64,000 nucleotides of DNA from the human T2T-CHM13v2.0 reference genome, Homo sapiens (GCF_009914755.1 NC_060927.1), one strand, 5' to 3'. Shown: positions 16,376 to 37,720, counted from the stretch's first letter. The notes: generated by a model from the sequence alone, not told the origin. Translations and numbers: made by a program.

Positions 16376-16531
16376 CGAAAGAAGTGTTGGGGAGCGTGTG
16401 TTTAAAGTGGACCCGAAAGAAGTGTTGGGGTGTGTGTGTGTTTAAAGTGAACCCGAGAGAAGTGTTGGGGTGTGTGTGTGTTTAAAGTGAACCCCAAAGA
16501 AGTGCTGGGGTGTGTGTGAAGTGAACCCGAA
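16376..16531. repeat. Minisatellite, about 4 x 38-40 bp (gaaagaagtgttggggtgtgtgtgtgtttaaagtgaaccc)
   Basis: Read directly. Confidence 0.9.
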
Positions 16532-16854
16532 CGCTGGAACGTCTTTCTTCGCCTCCATCTAGTTGACTTACAAAATAAATACGCTTGTAAAAATAACTAG
16601 AGCCCACTTTCCGACTCCCATTAGTTTCCTCTTCCACTCCTCATGTCCTCCAAAAAAAAGTTGAAGCAAACTACTTAGAAAAGATAGTCTAACATATTTG
16701 TACTTGCTATTCCTTTTTAAAGCATTGCTTCGTGTTATGTATGTTTTCGAACACAGGAAAGAGAATAAGAAAGTAGGTATTATTTGGCTTTCTTAGTTGT
16801 GGCGAACAGTGTCTGGTGCCCGAGTTGTTCATCATCATGTTTGCAGTGCCGTCA

Positions 16855-17499
<645 letters not shown>

Positions 17500-18491
17500 A
17501 GTACTTGGTGTCTTATTTTATTTTAAAATCTTAGATTGAGCACATTTTCTATGCTTTGCAGTCATTAAAAATTTATAAGTATTACATATGATTCACTCAT
17601 TTTGGAAAAATAAACAGAACTGTTAAACTAAAGAAGCGATTCTTTCCAAAGAAACTTTTGCTGTAGTTTAAAATAGAAGAAATTAAATGCCTGCTTATTT
17701 AATCTCTTTTTGGAAACAGTTGAACTGAATATTTTTTAGTGATTTAAAGTTTCTTGCTAAGGTAAATATGAGCAGCCACTTTCCTTTTGTGTGTGTTCTG
17801 GTAGACGGCATGTAAAATTATCATTCACACCTCAGATTTCCTGCTTCTGTTTAGGAGATGGCTATATGGTATAGTGATTTCATATTGGTGTGAGTCATTT
17901 CATTGTTACTACATCAAGCCTGAAGCTAAAGAACAAGTTGATTACAGGAGTCTGTCTAGCTCATTTTCTCACCTGCTTTTCAGTAGGTCTAGGAGCACCG
18001 TGTTGAGTCCTTAAATATTTTATTGACTAAGAAAATCCAAGTGCATTTATGAAGAATAATAAGTAATACCAAAGAGGTTTTTCCTTACTGTGCTCTGAGT
18101 TTTTAAGTATGGTGTTGCCTACACTTTAATAGTTTTGTATAGAAACCACATTTTTTGTTGGTTGATTTTTCATCTGGTCAAAACGTGTAAAAAGAAAATA
18201 AAAAGATTACAAGGTATTTTATAAGCTATTAGACTAGATTCATTTCTAACATGTAGTAATATCACTTATGAAATATAAAAAAAAATCTTTGGCAGACCTT
18301 GCTCGTTACCCAGTCTCTGTTTTAAACAGATAATTTAATGCCAATGACATCATTTATTGAGTGTTCACTATTTGTAATTCACCGTGTTAGATATTTTGAA
18401 ATATACTGCCTTGTTAAATGCACACAATAATTTGTGGATTAAATACTATCCCCACTTTACATGTGAGGGATCACCTAGAGAAAGTCATATG

Positions 18492-18635
18492 GCTATCACC
18501 ACTATATAGTATCACTGGTAGGATTTTGGCCCAGGTTATAGCTATCACCACTATATAGTATCACTGGTAGGATTTTGGCCCAGGTTATAGCTATCACCAC
18601 TATGTAGTATCAGTGGTAGGATTTTGGCCCAGGTT
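18492..18635. repeat. About 3 x 49-bp tandem repeat within MIR-like sequence
   Basis: gctatcaccactatatagtatcactggtaggattttggcccaggttata starting at 18492, 18541, 18590. Confidence 0.93.
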
Positions 18636-19130
18636 CATCTAACTCTGTTCTTTCCACTGTACCATGCAACCTCTTCATATAGAAATAGGTGTTGCTGTTC
18701 CTGTTTTTACAGATGGTGGAAACCAGCATTTAGAGATGTTCACTAATTTGCTCAAAGATCTGTGGCTAAAGGACAGAGGAGACGGTATTAGCCAGGAGTT
18801 TAGTCTAGTTTGAGGTGACTCCAAAAGCCATAGTCTGTTTTTATGGCAGGTACTTTGATTAATTTGGAACCAACTTATGGTAGTTATTAGGTATGCTTAG
18901 ACCTTATAGAAAATTTAAAGCCAAGTAAAATTAGTTGAATGCTAATATATAAAAGTTGCCTTGCATACTGTTTTTTCATAATGTGTAGCATGTACATGGT
19001 AGAGCTGTTGTCCTTCAAATTCGTATCCTAGGGAACAGCATATATTGCCCATATTTATAATTAGACATGATTTTGAACTTATTGGGAACGTTTTCTTGGG
19101 ACTTTCTGTGCTGTTTATTTTGAAAGGTTA

Positions 19131-19505
<375 letters not shown>

Positions 19506-19664
19506 TTAGAAGACATCACAGAAGACTTCTTGAAGCAGAAAGGATATAACTTGGATTTGGGCAAGCAGAAACAAGAAGGAAAGCTATTTTAGGCAGTGGT
19601 GGACAGCACGCAAAAAATGTTAAGAGTATAAGGGACATCAGTTAATTTTGCCAGTCCATTATTC

Positions 19665-20080
19665 AGTCCCTTCTGGTAACAGTACTCCAATTTTCCTAGG
19701 GAACCACCCCTCTCAGTTATATGAACCCCACCCTGGCATAGGGTATGCCAGTGACTCAGGCCTAGCTAATGGTCAGTCAGTATATAGTCCATTGCTCTGG
19801 CCATAGTGATTGTTCAGAGGTGGGCCCATTTTGCAATCAGCACACATGAGTAACTGAATTTTTTGTTGAACTATTGAGAAAGAGGCATGCTTTGAGCCCT
19901 GGGGTTGCTGAGACAATAGGATGTTAGCCTGGAAGTTACCAATAAGTGGGAAGCAGAGCCAAAAGATGGAAGTTCTGATGGCAGTGTTTGTACCTTTGGG
20001 TCAGCCGCCATGCCTAAAGTCAGTGCTATCTCTGTACTTTCAAATTATGTGAGCTAATAAATTCTTCTTTCTGCTTAAGG
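19665..20080 (+). mobile_element. Degenerate MLT1 (MaLR) LTR
   Basis: ctctggccatagtgattgttcag...ttatgtgagctaataaattc resembles MLT1J-type LTRs. Confidence 0.55.
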
Positions 20081-20098
20081 TGAGTAAAAAAAGTTGTT

Positions 20099-20404
20099 GT
20101 TTTTTTTTTTTTTTTTTTTTTTTTGAGATGGAGTCTCGCTCTGTCACCCAGGCTGGAGTGCAGTGGCATGATCTCGGCTCACTGCAACTTCTTTCTCCTG
20201 GGTTCAAGTGATTTTCCTGCCTCAGCCTCCTGAGTAGCTGGGACTACAGGCGCCCACCACCACGCCTGGCTAATTTTTATATATTTAGTAGAGATGGGGT
20301 TTCACCATATTGGCCAGGCTGGTCTCAATCTCCTGACCTTGTGATCCGCCCGCCTTGGCTTCTCAAAGTGCTGGGATTACAGGTGTGACCCACCGCACCC
20401 GGCC
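20099..20404 (-). mobile_element. Alu
   Basis: Full-length antisense. Confidence 0.93.
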
Positions 20405-21359
20405 AGAATTTTTTGATGATAAAAAGGTCCTGACTAATACAGTGAAACTACCCGTGATGATATTGTGGTGAGACAAATTTGGTCAAAATAAATTATTGGA
20501 TTAGAGAATATAAGAGCTGCCTTTCATATATGAGGAAGCTAGATAGCCAATAGCTTTAGAGGTCAGCATTCATTCAACAGACATTTATTGACTAAAGGAC
20601 TTCGGCAGTTATTGGTGTATGAAGAGGACCAAGACACTCCCTGCCCTGACAGAACTCAAGGGATCTAATGGGGAGATAGACGGGTGGAAGGATTGTTTGA
20701 ATTGTGCAATAATAGCACAACTACTATGTTTTAGGCATTATGCTGGGTAATGTAGAGGAAACAAAAATGAGGCCTTACGAATATTTTTAAATCTAGTAAT
20801 CTGGTTGGGTAGCTGCATAACAGAAAGCTGTGAGGGAATGAAATCCTGGTACACTGAGATCATACTGGACAATGAAAATGTACAAATGCTGATTGAATTT
20901 ATTTAAAAAAGGATAGGAGTCCAAGATCACTGTTAAACCTGTAAGACTAGAAAGATGGTAATGCTATTGCTTATAATAGTAGCTAACATTTATTGAGGTC
21001 TTAACATATTCCAGGTATTGTGCTAAGCTGTGTGTGTCTATATATAACATGAACAAAAACAACCATAGTAAGTTGTAAATACTATTTTTGACCCCATTTT
21101 ACGTGTGAGAAAATTGAGGCTCAGGAGATTAAATAATTTGATCAAGGTCTCCCAGCTAATAAGTGACAAAACTAGGATTCAATTTCTGATACATTTGACC
21201 CTAAAATTTGTGTTATTGATCAATAATTATACCGACAAGTTGGTTTCCTGTAATTTCTTTGGTTTGCCCAATATCTTTGAAGGGTTGGTAGCACATCTAG
21301 TGAATCATGTGGGACAAATAGAAACAAATAGAAACTAGAGCTTTAGAATGTAGAGTGAC

Positions 21360-22774
<1,415 letters not shown>

Positions 22775-23991
22775 TCATAGCTGAAGCTTGAAGAAAACTC
22801 TTGAATGAAATACAGAAAATGAGAAAGCAAAGACTCACCATTGGTGTAAAGCCTACAGGTGAGAGCAGGATGCTGTGGGCAGGTGGACTACGATCACACA
22901 CAGAAAAAGGAAACATTGACATGTGGCGGGTGAGCCAAAGTAATGCAGTGTCATTGGAGCTATGAGAATTAAAATTTTCAAGAAATGAATACTTTCTAGG
23001 TAAGAAGAATGAGGACTGCTAAAATGCCATTTAATTTTCCAAGGAGGCAGTCTGTAACTCACAAAATTATGGTTTCATTAGTCTTGGAAATACGGACTAG
23101 AGTACCAGGTCTTAATTTGAGATTGTGTTTTTCTTGGATCCTTGTTTATGTCTATTTTGTAACAGTCACAGTATATGCACTATGAATTTTTCTAGAACTG
23201 TGCTGTGTAGTATGGTAGCAACTAGCCGTAAGTGGTTATTAAAATAGAAATTTAAAACTTGGTTCTTCATTTGCACTAGCCACATTTCAAGTGCTCAGTA
23301 GCCACATATGTCATTTTGGACAGCACCTTGGACCAACCTCCTCTCTGTCATACTGGACAGCACAGATAATAGAACTCTCTCATCACTGCAGGAAGTTAGG
23401 TTAGACAGTACGTTAGACTCCCCTGAGATTGGTCTTAGAAGGGAAGGGGAGGTAGTAGGATGGTTTCTTTAGGGGAGGTGAGAAGATGAACCATAGAGGA
23501 CCACTGAACCAGTTTTGAGAGTACGGGAGTGACAGCAGTGCTGGGGCTGAGGAGTTCCCAGGTTCCAGTTCCTTTTACAGTGGCTATATTTGGGAGCTGG
23601 ATGGTTAACGTTACTTCATGTTAGAACATCAAGTATGACTTTAAGTGGTGTGGTTATATACATGTTTCTTGTTCTTTCCAGTTCCTCTGTAAAATATCCC
23701 AGGTGCGCTTGGGAAAAATGTATGGTCAATGTGGTAGTTCACACAAAGGAATATTATTTTGAATTCCTGAAGCAGCCAGCAATATCAAATGCAGTGTGAC
23801 TAATTTTAGAATCAAACTAGTAGTAAAAATGTAAAGCATTTCCTTATTCACTTTTAACTTTCTTCTTTGCTCTTCACAATTTCTAAATTTTTATTGTTTG
23901 AAGGAAGTCTTAAACCTTGGATTTAAACTGGTTTAACTGATTTCTTATTTAAAAACTGGGTAATAGATTTTCCCATTAAAAACAGGTTTTT

Positions 23992-24618
23992 GGCTAGGCG
24001 CGGTGGCTCATGCCTGTAATCCCAGCACTTTGTGAGGTCAAGATGGGTGGATCACCTGAGATCAGGAGTTTGAGACCAACCTGACCAACATGGCGAAACC
24101 CCGTCTCTACTAAAAATACAAAAAATTAGCTGGCTGTGGTGGCACGCGCCTGTAATCCCAGCTTCAGCTACTCGGGAGGCTGAGGCAGGGGAATTGCTTA
24201 TCCCGGGAGGCAGAAGTTGCAGTGAGCCGAGATCACGTCACTGCACTCCAGCCTGGGCAGCAGAGTGAGACTCGCTCTCAAAACAAAAACAAAAAACAAA
24301 AGAACAGGCCGGGTGCAGTGGCTCATGCCTGTAATCCCAGCACTTTGGGAGGCCGAGGCAGGTGGATCATGAGGTCAGGAGTTCAAGACGAGCCTGGCCA
24401 TGATGGTGAAACCCTGTCTCTACTAAAACTACAAAAAAAAAAAAAATTAGCCAGGCGTGCTGGCAGGTGTTTGTAATCCCAGCTACTCGGGAGGCTGAGG
24501 CAGGAGAATTGCTTGAACCCCGGTGGTGGAGGTTGCAATGAGCCAAGATCACGCTGATCGCACCACTATACTCCACTCCAGCCTAGGCGACAGAGTGAGA
24601 CTGTCTCAAAAAAAAAAA
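23992..24618 (+). mobile_element. Two tandem sense Alus
   Basis: Second Alu begins in the A-tail of the first at about 24307. Confidence 0.92.
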
Positions 24619-24699
24619 CCCCACAGTTTTTTAAAAATGATTTTCATATCATAGAGAGTGGGAAGGTAAGCCACAGTCTTCTTAAGATTTCCAATAAAT

Positions 24700-25850
<1,151 letters not shown>

Positions 25851-26119
25851 AAATTGAATTGTATGTTTATGATTTATTCACTTTTCTTCATTTATGTTCG
25901 ACTTTTGTTGAGGCTAACTTCTTCATTGTTAACTCATGTATTTCTCATGGCACCTCTTCTTTTTGGCCATCTCTTTTTAAATTCTCTTCCTTTCTCTCTA
26001 CCATCCCTCCTCCCCAGTTAGGCACTTATTGTTTTCTTAATACCCTGTGCACATTTTTTTATTGTCACAGTAAACAATATCATCTTTTCTTCTACTAGAT
26101 TGGCAGCTTCTTGAAGGAG

Positions 26120-26835
26120 GTATATTAGTTTTCTGTTGCTAAATAGCAAATTATTACAAATTTAGCAGCTTAAAATAGCATCCATTTACTATAGTTCTAT
26201 AGGTTAGGAGTCTGGACTCAGCTGAACTCAAGGTTTCACAAGACTGAAATTAACGTGTTGTCAGGATGGGCTTTTATCTGGAGGCTTTGGGGAACAGTTT
26301 GCTTACAAGTTCATTCGAGTTTTGGCAGAATTCAGTCTTTGTGGTTATAAAACTGAGGTTCTTATTTCCTTTCTGGTTGTCAGCCTCAGGCCACTCTCAG
26401 GTCCTGGATGCCACTTGTACTCTTACAACATGGCCCCCTCCATCCTCAAGCCAGCATTGGTGTGTCATCAAACACTTCTCGTGCTTCCAGTTTCTCAGAC
26501 TTCCTCTGCTGCTGCTATCCAGAGGGTTGATGTGATGAGACTGGGTTTACCAAGATTGTGCCTCTTTTGATTAATTCTAAAGTCAACTGATTAGTAGACT
26601 TCATTACATCAGCAAAATCCCCTCTTCCACATAAGGAAGATACTCAGGGTATGAGATCCTGTATTCACAGTTCCAGGAATTAGAGTGGTGTCTTTGTCCA
26701 TTTTGTGCTGCTATAACAGCATACCACACACAGACTGATTAATTTATGAGTAGAAATTTGTTGGCTCACAATTTTGGAGGTTGGAAAGACCAAGATCTAG
26801 GTGCTGCCATCTAGTGAGGGCCTTCTTGCTGTGTT
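26120..26835 (-). mobile_element. MaLR LTRs (MLT1-like 26120-26680; MST-like 26688-26835)
   Basis: tattagttttctgttgct...aatttagcagcttaaaa; ttttgtgctgctataacag. Confidence 0.7.
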
Positions 26836-27190
26836 ATATTTTGTTGAAGATTTTTCCATGTATGTTCATCAGTGATAGTGGCTTGTAATTTTATTTTTTG
26901 TGTCCAGCTTTGGTATCAGGGTAATGCTGGCCTCGTAAAATGCGTTTGGAAGTATTCCCTTCTCTTTAGTTTTTTTAAGAGTTCGAGAAGGATTGTTATT
27001 AGTTCTTTATATGTTTGGTAGAATTCAGCAGTGAAACCATGGCTTTTCTTTGGTGAGAGACTTACTGATTCAATCCTTACTCATTAATCTGTTCAGATTT
27101 TCTGTTTCTTCATGATTCAATCTTGGGAGGTTCTATGTTCCTAGGAATTTATGCGTTTCTTCTGAGTTATCCAGTTTGTTGGCGTATAAC
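26836..27190 (-). mobile_element. L1 ORF2-region fragment
   Basis: tttggtatcagggtaatgctggcctc, gtttggtagaattcagcagtgaa. Confidence 0.8.
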
Positions 27191-27925
27191 TTTTGAGTAT
27201 TTGTTGAATGAATGGATGGGTGAATGATAAAGCGAAAAGAAGTGATTGAGAGCCTGTTCACTTTCATAGCTTTGGAACAGTGACACCTGCCTGCTGTATA
27301 AAGTAACTGGTTTCAGTGGGGACCCTGGGAGTTTCAATCAGAACATTCTCAAGGATAATACTAGTGAGTATGCTTCTCTTTGGTGTGAAAAAGTCAAGCA
27401 TTCAGAACTTTTAAAATTGGTGTCATAGAGGATAAGAGAAATGATGTTACATGTGCTAAGAGTTGTTTTCTCAAAATAAATGTCAACTTCTAGGTATTTG
27501 GGAACTTTCACAGTGGATTCATTGATTATAATAAAAGGAATAAAAATGTTAAACCTTATATGTAGTGAAGGAGGCTTTCTCTGTTTATCCAGTGTTTTCA
27601 ACTTTGGTAGTTATATGTCTCACTTGTGTAAGGAAAATCTTAGTCAGATAATGTGGTCATGCTTCTTTTAGCCTATAAAATTTGTGGCTTCTGGCCATCT
27701 ATTATCAAGTGACAAGCTGTAGCATATTGATTCTCAGGCTTTAGTGTTGTGCATAGAATCACCTGGGGCTCTTTTTAAAAAATACGCATCCCTGGGTGAG
27801 ATTACTAGAGAGATTCAGGAGATCCGGGGTGGAGTCCATTAAACTACATTTTTAACAAGCACCCTGATGGTACTAGGTGCAGGTAGTTAAGAACCACCTG
27901 AAAAACATTTCCTTAGAATTTGCTA

Positions 27926-28357
<432 letters not shown>

Positions 28358-28374
28358 TCAACATCAGTCTATTA

Positions 28375-28521
<147 letters not shown>

Positions 28522-29845
28522 TTAGCCAGGCGTGGTGGCGTGCACCTCTAGTTAGTTCTAGGTACTAGGGAGGCTGAGGTGGGAGAATTGCTCAAACCCC
28601 AGAGGTGGAGGTTGCAATGAGCCAAGATTGTGCCACTGCAGTGGGCGACAGCGTAAGACCCTGTCTCAAAAAAAGAAAAAAAAAAAGACCCACTTTGTGG
28701 GTGGCAATAAGCAAAGAAGAAAGTTATGACACCAGTTGCCTTGTTCCTAGGACATGATGTGCTGAACATATCATGGATATGTACATGGTTAGAGTTTGAT
28801 GTTAGCAAGTCCTTTTAGACTGTGCCTTGCCTCAGCTGCACCCCTCCTTAAGTTATACTGGAAAATAAAAAAACCTTCGTATGTCATCCCAGTAGGTATG
28901 GTAAGGATCCAGAGTGCAGAAATCCCATCGTGTATCCAGAGCTCAATTATCTTGTCCTCACTCCTATCCTGAGGACTGGGGCTTTCCACCCAAAATTGTT
29001 ATACCAGAAACAGGGCTCTACTACTCATTGGTGTATTTGTTTCTAGTACCTACTTTTAAAAGACTGTTACTTGCTCAGCTGCTTATCTTGCTTGTGAAGA
29101 CAATGTTTAGTAACACGAGGAGAACTACAGACATTATCGTGGTCCAATCAACAGTGACCATCACAGGTTTGTTAATTTTGCTGTTTTATCATAATACTTG
29201 CAGTTAGTAAACACTTCCTTATTTTCTAATGTAAGAATGACAAATAGAACTTAAAGACATTTCCAATAGAATCTATCTGTACCTCGATTATCCACTCCTT
29301 TTTTTTTTTCTTTTTTATTTTTTTGAGACAGAGTCTCACTCTGTCGCCTAGGCTGGAGTGCAGTGGTGTGATCTTGGCTCACTGCAACCTCCACCTCCTG
29401 GATTCAAGCAATTCTCCTGCCTCAGCCTCCTGAGTAGCTGAGATTACAGGTGCGTGCCACCACACCTGGCTAATTTTGTATTTTTGGTAGAGCTGGGGTT
29501 TCACCGTGTTGGTCAGGCTGGTCTCGAACTCCCGACCTCAGTGATCTACCCGCCTTGGCCTCCCAAAGTGCTGGGATTACAGGCGTGAGCCACCGCGCCT
29601 GGCCAAGAAAGCCATTTTTTCAAGTCATTCAGAATATGTGATTGCTTTTCCTGAGGGGCAAACTGATAAAACATGACATGTTGGACTATCCTTGATAACT
29701 TTTCCAGTAAGACACTTTTTTCTTAAGGGTCTTACCTCTATCATATTTTTGAAGGAGAAGAACGTGCAACAGAAAAATCAAGGAGGCTTTTTCTTCAGAG
29801 GGCTGGGACTAAAACTGGGTCTGGATTTGGGTGTAGGCTTGCTAA

Positions 29846-30187
29846 AGAGGGGGACACGCCTCCAAACTGAAAACCTAATGACAGCCGACATGCAGAATGG
29901 TAAGATCTCTAGGCATCTCCCTGCTTGGCTGATATACTCCTCTGATTATTGGAGTTTTTAGAGGGGGACACGCCTCCAAACTGAAAACCTAATGACAGCC
30001 GACATGCAGAATGGTAAGATCTCTAGGCATCTCCCTGCTTGGCTGATATACTCCTCTGATTATTGGAGTTTTTAGAGGGGGACATGCCTCCAAATTGAAA
30101 ACCTAATGACAGCCGACATGCAGAATGGTAAGATCTCTAGGCATCTCCCTGCTTGGCTGATATACTCCTCTGATTATTGGAGTTTTT
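29846..30187. repeat. 3 x 114-bp near-perfect tandem repeat
   Basis: Units start at 29846, 29960, 30074; the third has 2 substitutions. Confidence 0.96.
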
Positions 30188-30250
30188 GGAGAAAATCTAG
30201 GGGAAAAGAGAAAAGATTTTAAGGTATCGGTACTTACAGAACCCAAATGA

Positions 30251-30516
<266 letters not shown>

Positions 30517-31009
30517 TAGTAGAGACAGGGTTTCTCCATATTGGTCAGGCTGGTCATGAACTCCCGACCTCTGGTGATCCACCTGCCTCGGCCTCCCAAA
30601 GTGCTGGGATTACAGGTGTGAGTCACTGCGCCTGGCCTATGTTTTTAAATATGAAAAGAAAACTAAATACTACTAGATAGTTGAAGAACATTTCTCTTTT
30701 TTCTTTTTTCTAATTTTAGTAGAGACAGGGATCTTACTGTGTTGCCCAGGCTGGTCTCAAACTCCTGAGCTCAAATGATCCTCTCACCTCAGCCTCTCAA
30801 AGTGCTAGGATTACAGGCATGAGTGCCTGGCCTTGAAGAACATTTCTGACATCAAAGAGAAGAACATAACAAAAGGAACCCAGAGAAAACAGACAGTGCT
30901 GACAAAAGAAAAACTTCCAAAAATCTGGAATCAATATCCTAAAAGTCAGAAAAGAAGGTACTGCAGACATGAAATATAATAAGGGTCTCTAAGAAAAGGG
31001 CATAGGAAT

Positions 31010-31262
31010 GCCGGACATGGTGGCTCACTCCTGTAATCCCAGCACTTTGGGAGACTGAGGCAGGTGGATCACCTGAGGTCAGGAGTTCAAGACCACCCTG
31101 GCTAACATGGTGAAACCCTGTCTCTACTAAAAATACAAAATTAGTTTGGTGTGGAGTTTCACCATGTTGTCCAGGCTGCCCTTGAACTCCTGACCTCAAG
31201 TGATCCACCCGCCTCAGCCTCCCAAAGTGCTGGGATTACAGGTGTGAGCCACTGCATCCGGC
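31010..31262. repeat. Inverted Alu left-arm pair (107-bp arms, 39-nt spacer)
   Basis: 31010-31116 is the reverse complement of 31156-31262 with about 13 mismatches by eye. Confidence 0.92.
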
Positions 31263-31539
31263 TCCTGAGACCCCATTTTTACAAAAGATTTAAAAGAAAA
31301 ATTAGCCTGACATGGTTCCGCATTCCTGTGGTCCCAGCTACTCAGGAGGCTCAGGTCAGAGAATCACTTGAGCCCAGGAGTTCCAGGTTTCAGTGAGCTG
31401 TGATTGCACCACTGCACCCTAGCCTGGGCGACAGGGCGAGACCCTGTGTCAAAAAAAAAAACAAACAAACATGCATACACACATACAAGAGTTAAAAGTG
31501 ATTGCTTTAGGGGAGCAGGTATTGGGAGTTAATGAGGAA

Positions 31540-35200
<3,661 letters not shown>

Positions 35201-36419
35201 TAAAATGGCATTTAAAGTTATATAAATATACTATTTTGATAAAAATAAAAGTTAACAGTTTTTAAAAGATAACCTAAAGTCAGGTTAAAAAAAATAAGAC
35301 TTTTGAATGAAAAGCATTAGAAAAACTATGTTTTGTGATCTCCCTGGGTTACATAATTAATATTAATAGCTAAAATGATTTTTATTGCATTATCTCAGTA
35401 AAATTTTCATGGGAATGGTAAGGTGGTTGAAAACGAAAAGGAAATACCTAAGCAAGGAGTGTTTTTAAATGTGACAGATGTAAACAGAAAGTCTGAAAAG
35501 CGTAACCCACTCTCATGACTCATCACGGGGTCTTCAGTGACTGCGCTGCCGTCTATGTTCTTGGTGTTTAAACTTTGGTCTGTGGGACGCACCATGAACA
35601 GTATCATTGTGATATGTTACATAGCTATCAAATAATATTTTAAATTATTACTTTTATATAATTCTTTAGGGACTTTTTGAAAATTACTTTTTAGTTTATT
35701 TCATACTGATTGTGTATTTCAGAAATTTTCATAGTTTGCATTTACCATTTCTTTATATGTTAAAGAATATTATTCCTATAATATTCTTTACAGTTTTACA
35801 TTGCTCAGTGTTGAAAATCTCTTATACAGATTATTTGTCATCATCCCTGGCCATTTTCGCATTCATAGTAGTGTCTGTTCTCACAGAAAATGATGGTACT
35901 GTACATGTGGGTTTTGCATAATGGGCTGATTGGGTAAGGATGATGTCACTGCGTGGGACCGCCTGGAGGAGTTATTAGAAGAACACAAGACTTTTGACTG
36001 CTAGCATTTCTTAATAAATGCCATACTGTTGAAAACATTAATTTGTGTTTGGACTGGAATGAACCTTGGTTTTCCTGGCTTAGTTACTGAGATTTAAAGA
36101 AATAAGTCCTAATGTCATAATTACATAGCCAAATAGAATGAAATATGAAGCATTTTTCTCCCTGGCAGAGAGAAATGGGGTTAAGAAGGAAAGAAGTTAC
36201 TAACTGCCAGTCTCTGTTACACAGTTGTGAGACTAATTTTTGAGATTTGAAGTTCAGGAATACTTTGAAATTTTGTTTCTGTAATTTGTGTATTATTCAT
36301 TTTATTGCTGAGACATAAGATATGGTTATTAGAAAAGTCCATAATTTTAGAGATTTTTAAGGTACATGTCACTAAGAAGAGGCAGATTACATTTCTTTTC
36401 TACTTTGAGTACTACATGT

Positions 36420-36914
36420 TTGATTTTTTAAATTGTTGTGGTAAAATATGCCATTTTATCCATTTTTAAGCATCTGTTCAGTGGTATTAAGTACCTTCAT
36501 ACTGTTGTGCAGCTATCACCAACTAAATCCACTTCCAGAACTTTTTTCATTATCCCAGACTGCAACACTGTATGCGTTAAACACTAACTCCTCATTACTT
36601 CCTGGTAATCATTCTGCTTTATGTCTTTTATGAATTTGGCTGTTCTAGGGACTTCATATAAATGAAATCATATTTATCCTTTGATGTCTGGCATATTTCA
36701 CTCCATAATGTTTGCAAACTTCATGTTGTACCATGTCAAAGAATTTTATTCCTTTTTGAATGTAGAATAATATTCCATTGTATGCATATAACACATTTAT
36801 GGAAATATCTGTTCACCCATTGGTAGACATTTGGTTTGTTTCCATCTTTTGACTGTTGTGAATAATGCTGATGTAAATATTGGCCTACAAATATCTGTTC
36901 AAGTCTCTGCTTTC

Positions 36915-36956
<42 letters not shown>

Positions 36957-37720
36957 GTGGAGTCTCACTCTGTCGCCCAAGCTGGAGTGTAGTGGCGCCA
37001 TCTCGGCTCACTGCAACCAAGCTGGATCATATGGTGGCTCTGTTTTTAGTTTTTTGAGAAACATTCAAACAGCCTCCTGGGTTCAAGTGATTCTCCTGTC
37101 TCAGCCTCCCAAGTAGCTGAGATTACAGGCACATGCCACCATGCCTGGCTAATTTTTGTATTTTTTGTGGAGACGGGGTTTCGCCATGTTGGCCAGGCTG
37201 GTCTCGAACTCCTGACCTCAAGTGATCCACCCACCTCGGCCTGTCAAAGTGCTGGGATTACAGGCGCAGGCCACCACACCCAACCAGTTCTTTTCATTCT
37301 ATTCCCAGAAGTGGAATTGTTGGATTGTATGGATCATAAATATACTTCCGTGTTTGATTTTTTGAGGAACTGCCATATTCTTTTCCACAGTGGCTGTTTC
37401 CACCCAGCAAAGCGCAAAGGTTCCAATTTCTCCACATTCTTAACAACACCTGTTGTTTTTTCCTTTTTTAATAATAGTTATCTGAATGGGTATGAAGTGG
37501 TATCTTATAGTTTTTTAAATTTCTTTGAGTACGTAGTGGCTGCATATATTTATGGGGTCTGTGAGGTACTCTGATAGAGCCATACAATGTGTAATAATCA
37601 CATCAGGGTAAATGAAGTATCCATTACCCCAAGCATTGATGCTTTGTGTTACAAACAATCCATTTATACTCTTTTAGTTATTTCAAAATGTACAATAAAT
37701 GATCGTTGACTGTAGTCATT
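36420..37720 (-). mobile_element. L1M 3' fragments with an inserted Alu (36917-37285)
   Basis: gaataatattccattgtatg, ttttgactgttgtgaataatgctg motifs. Confidence 0.75.
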
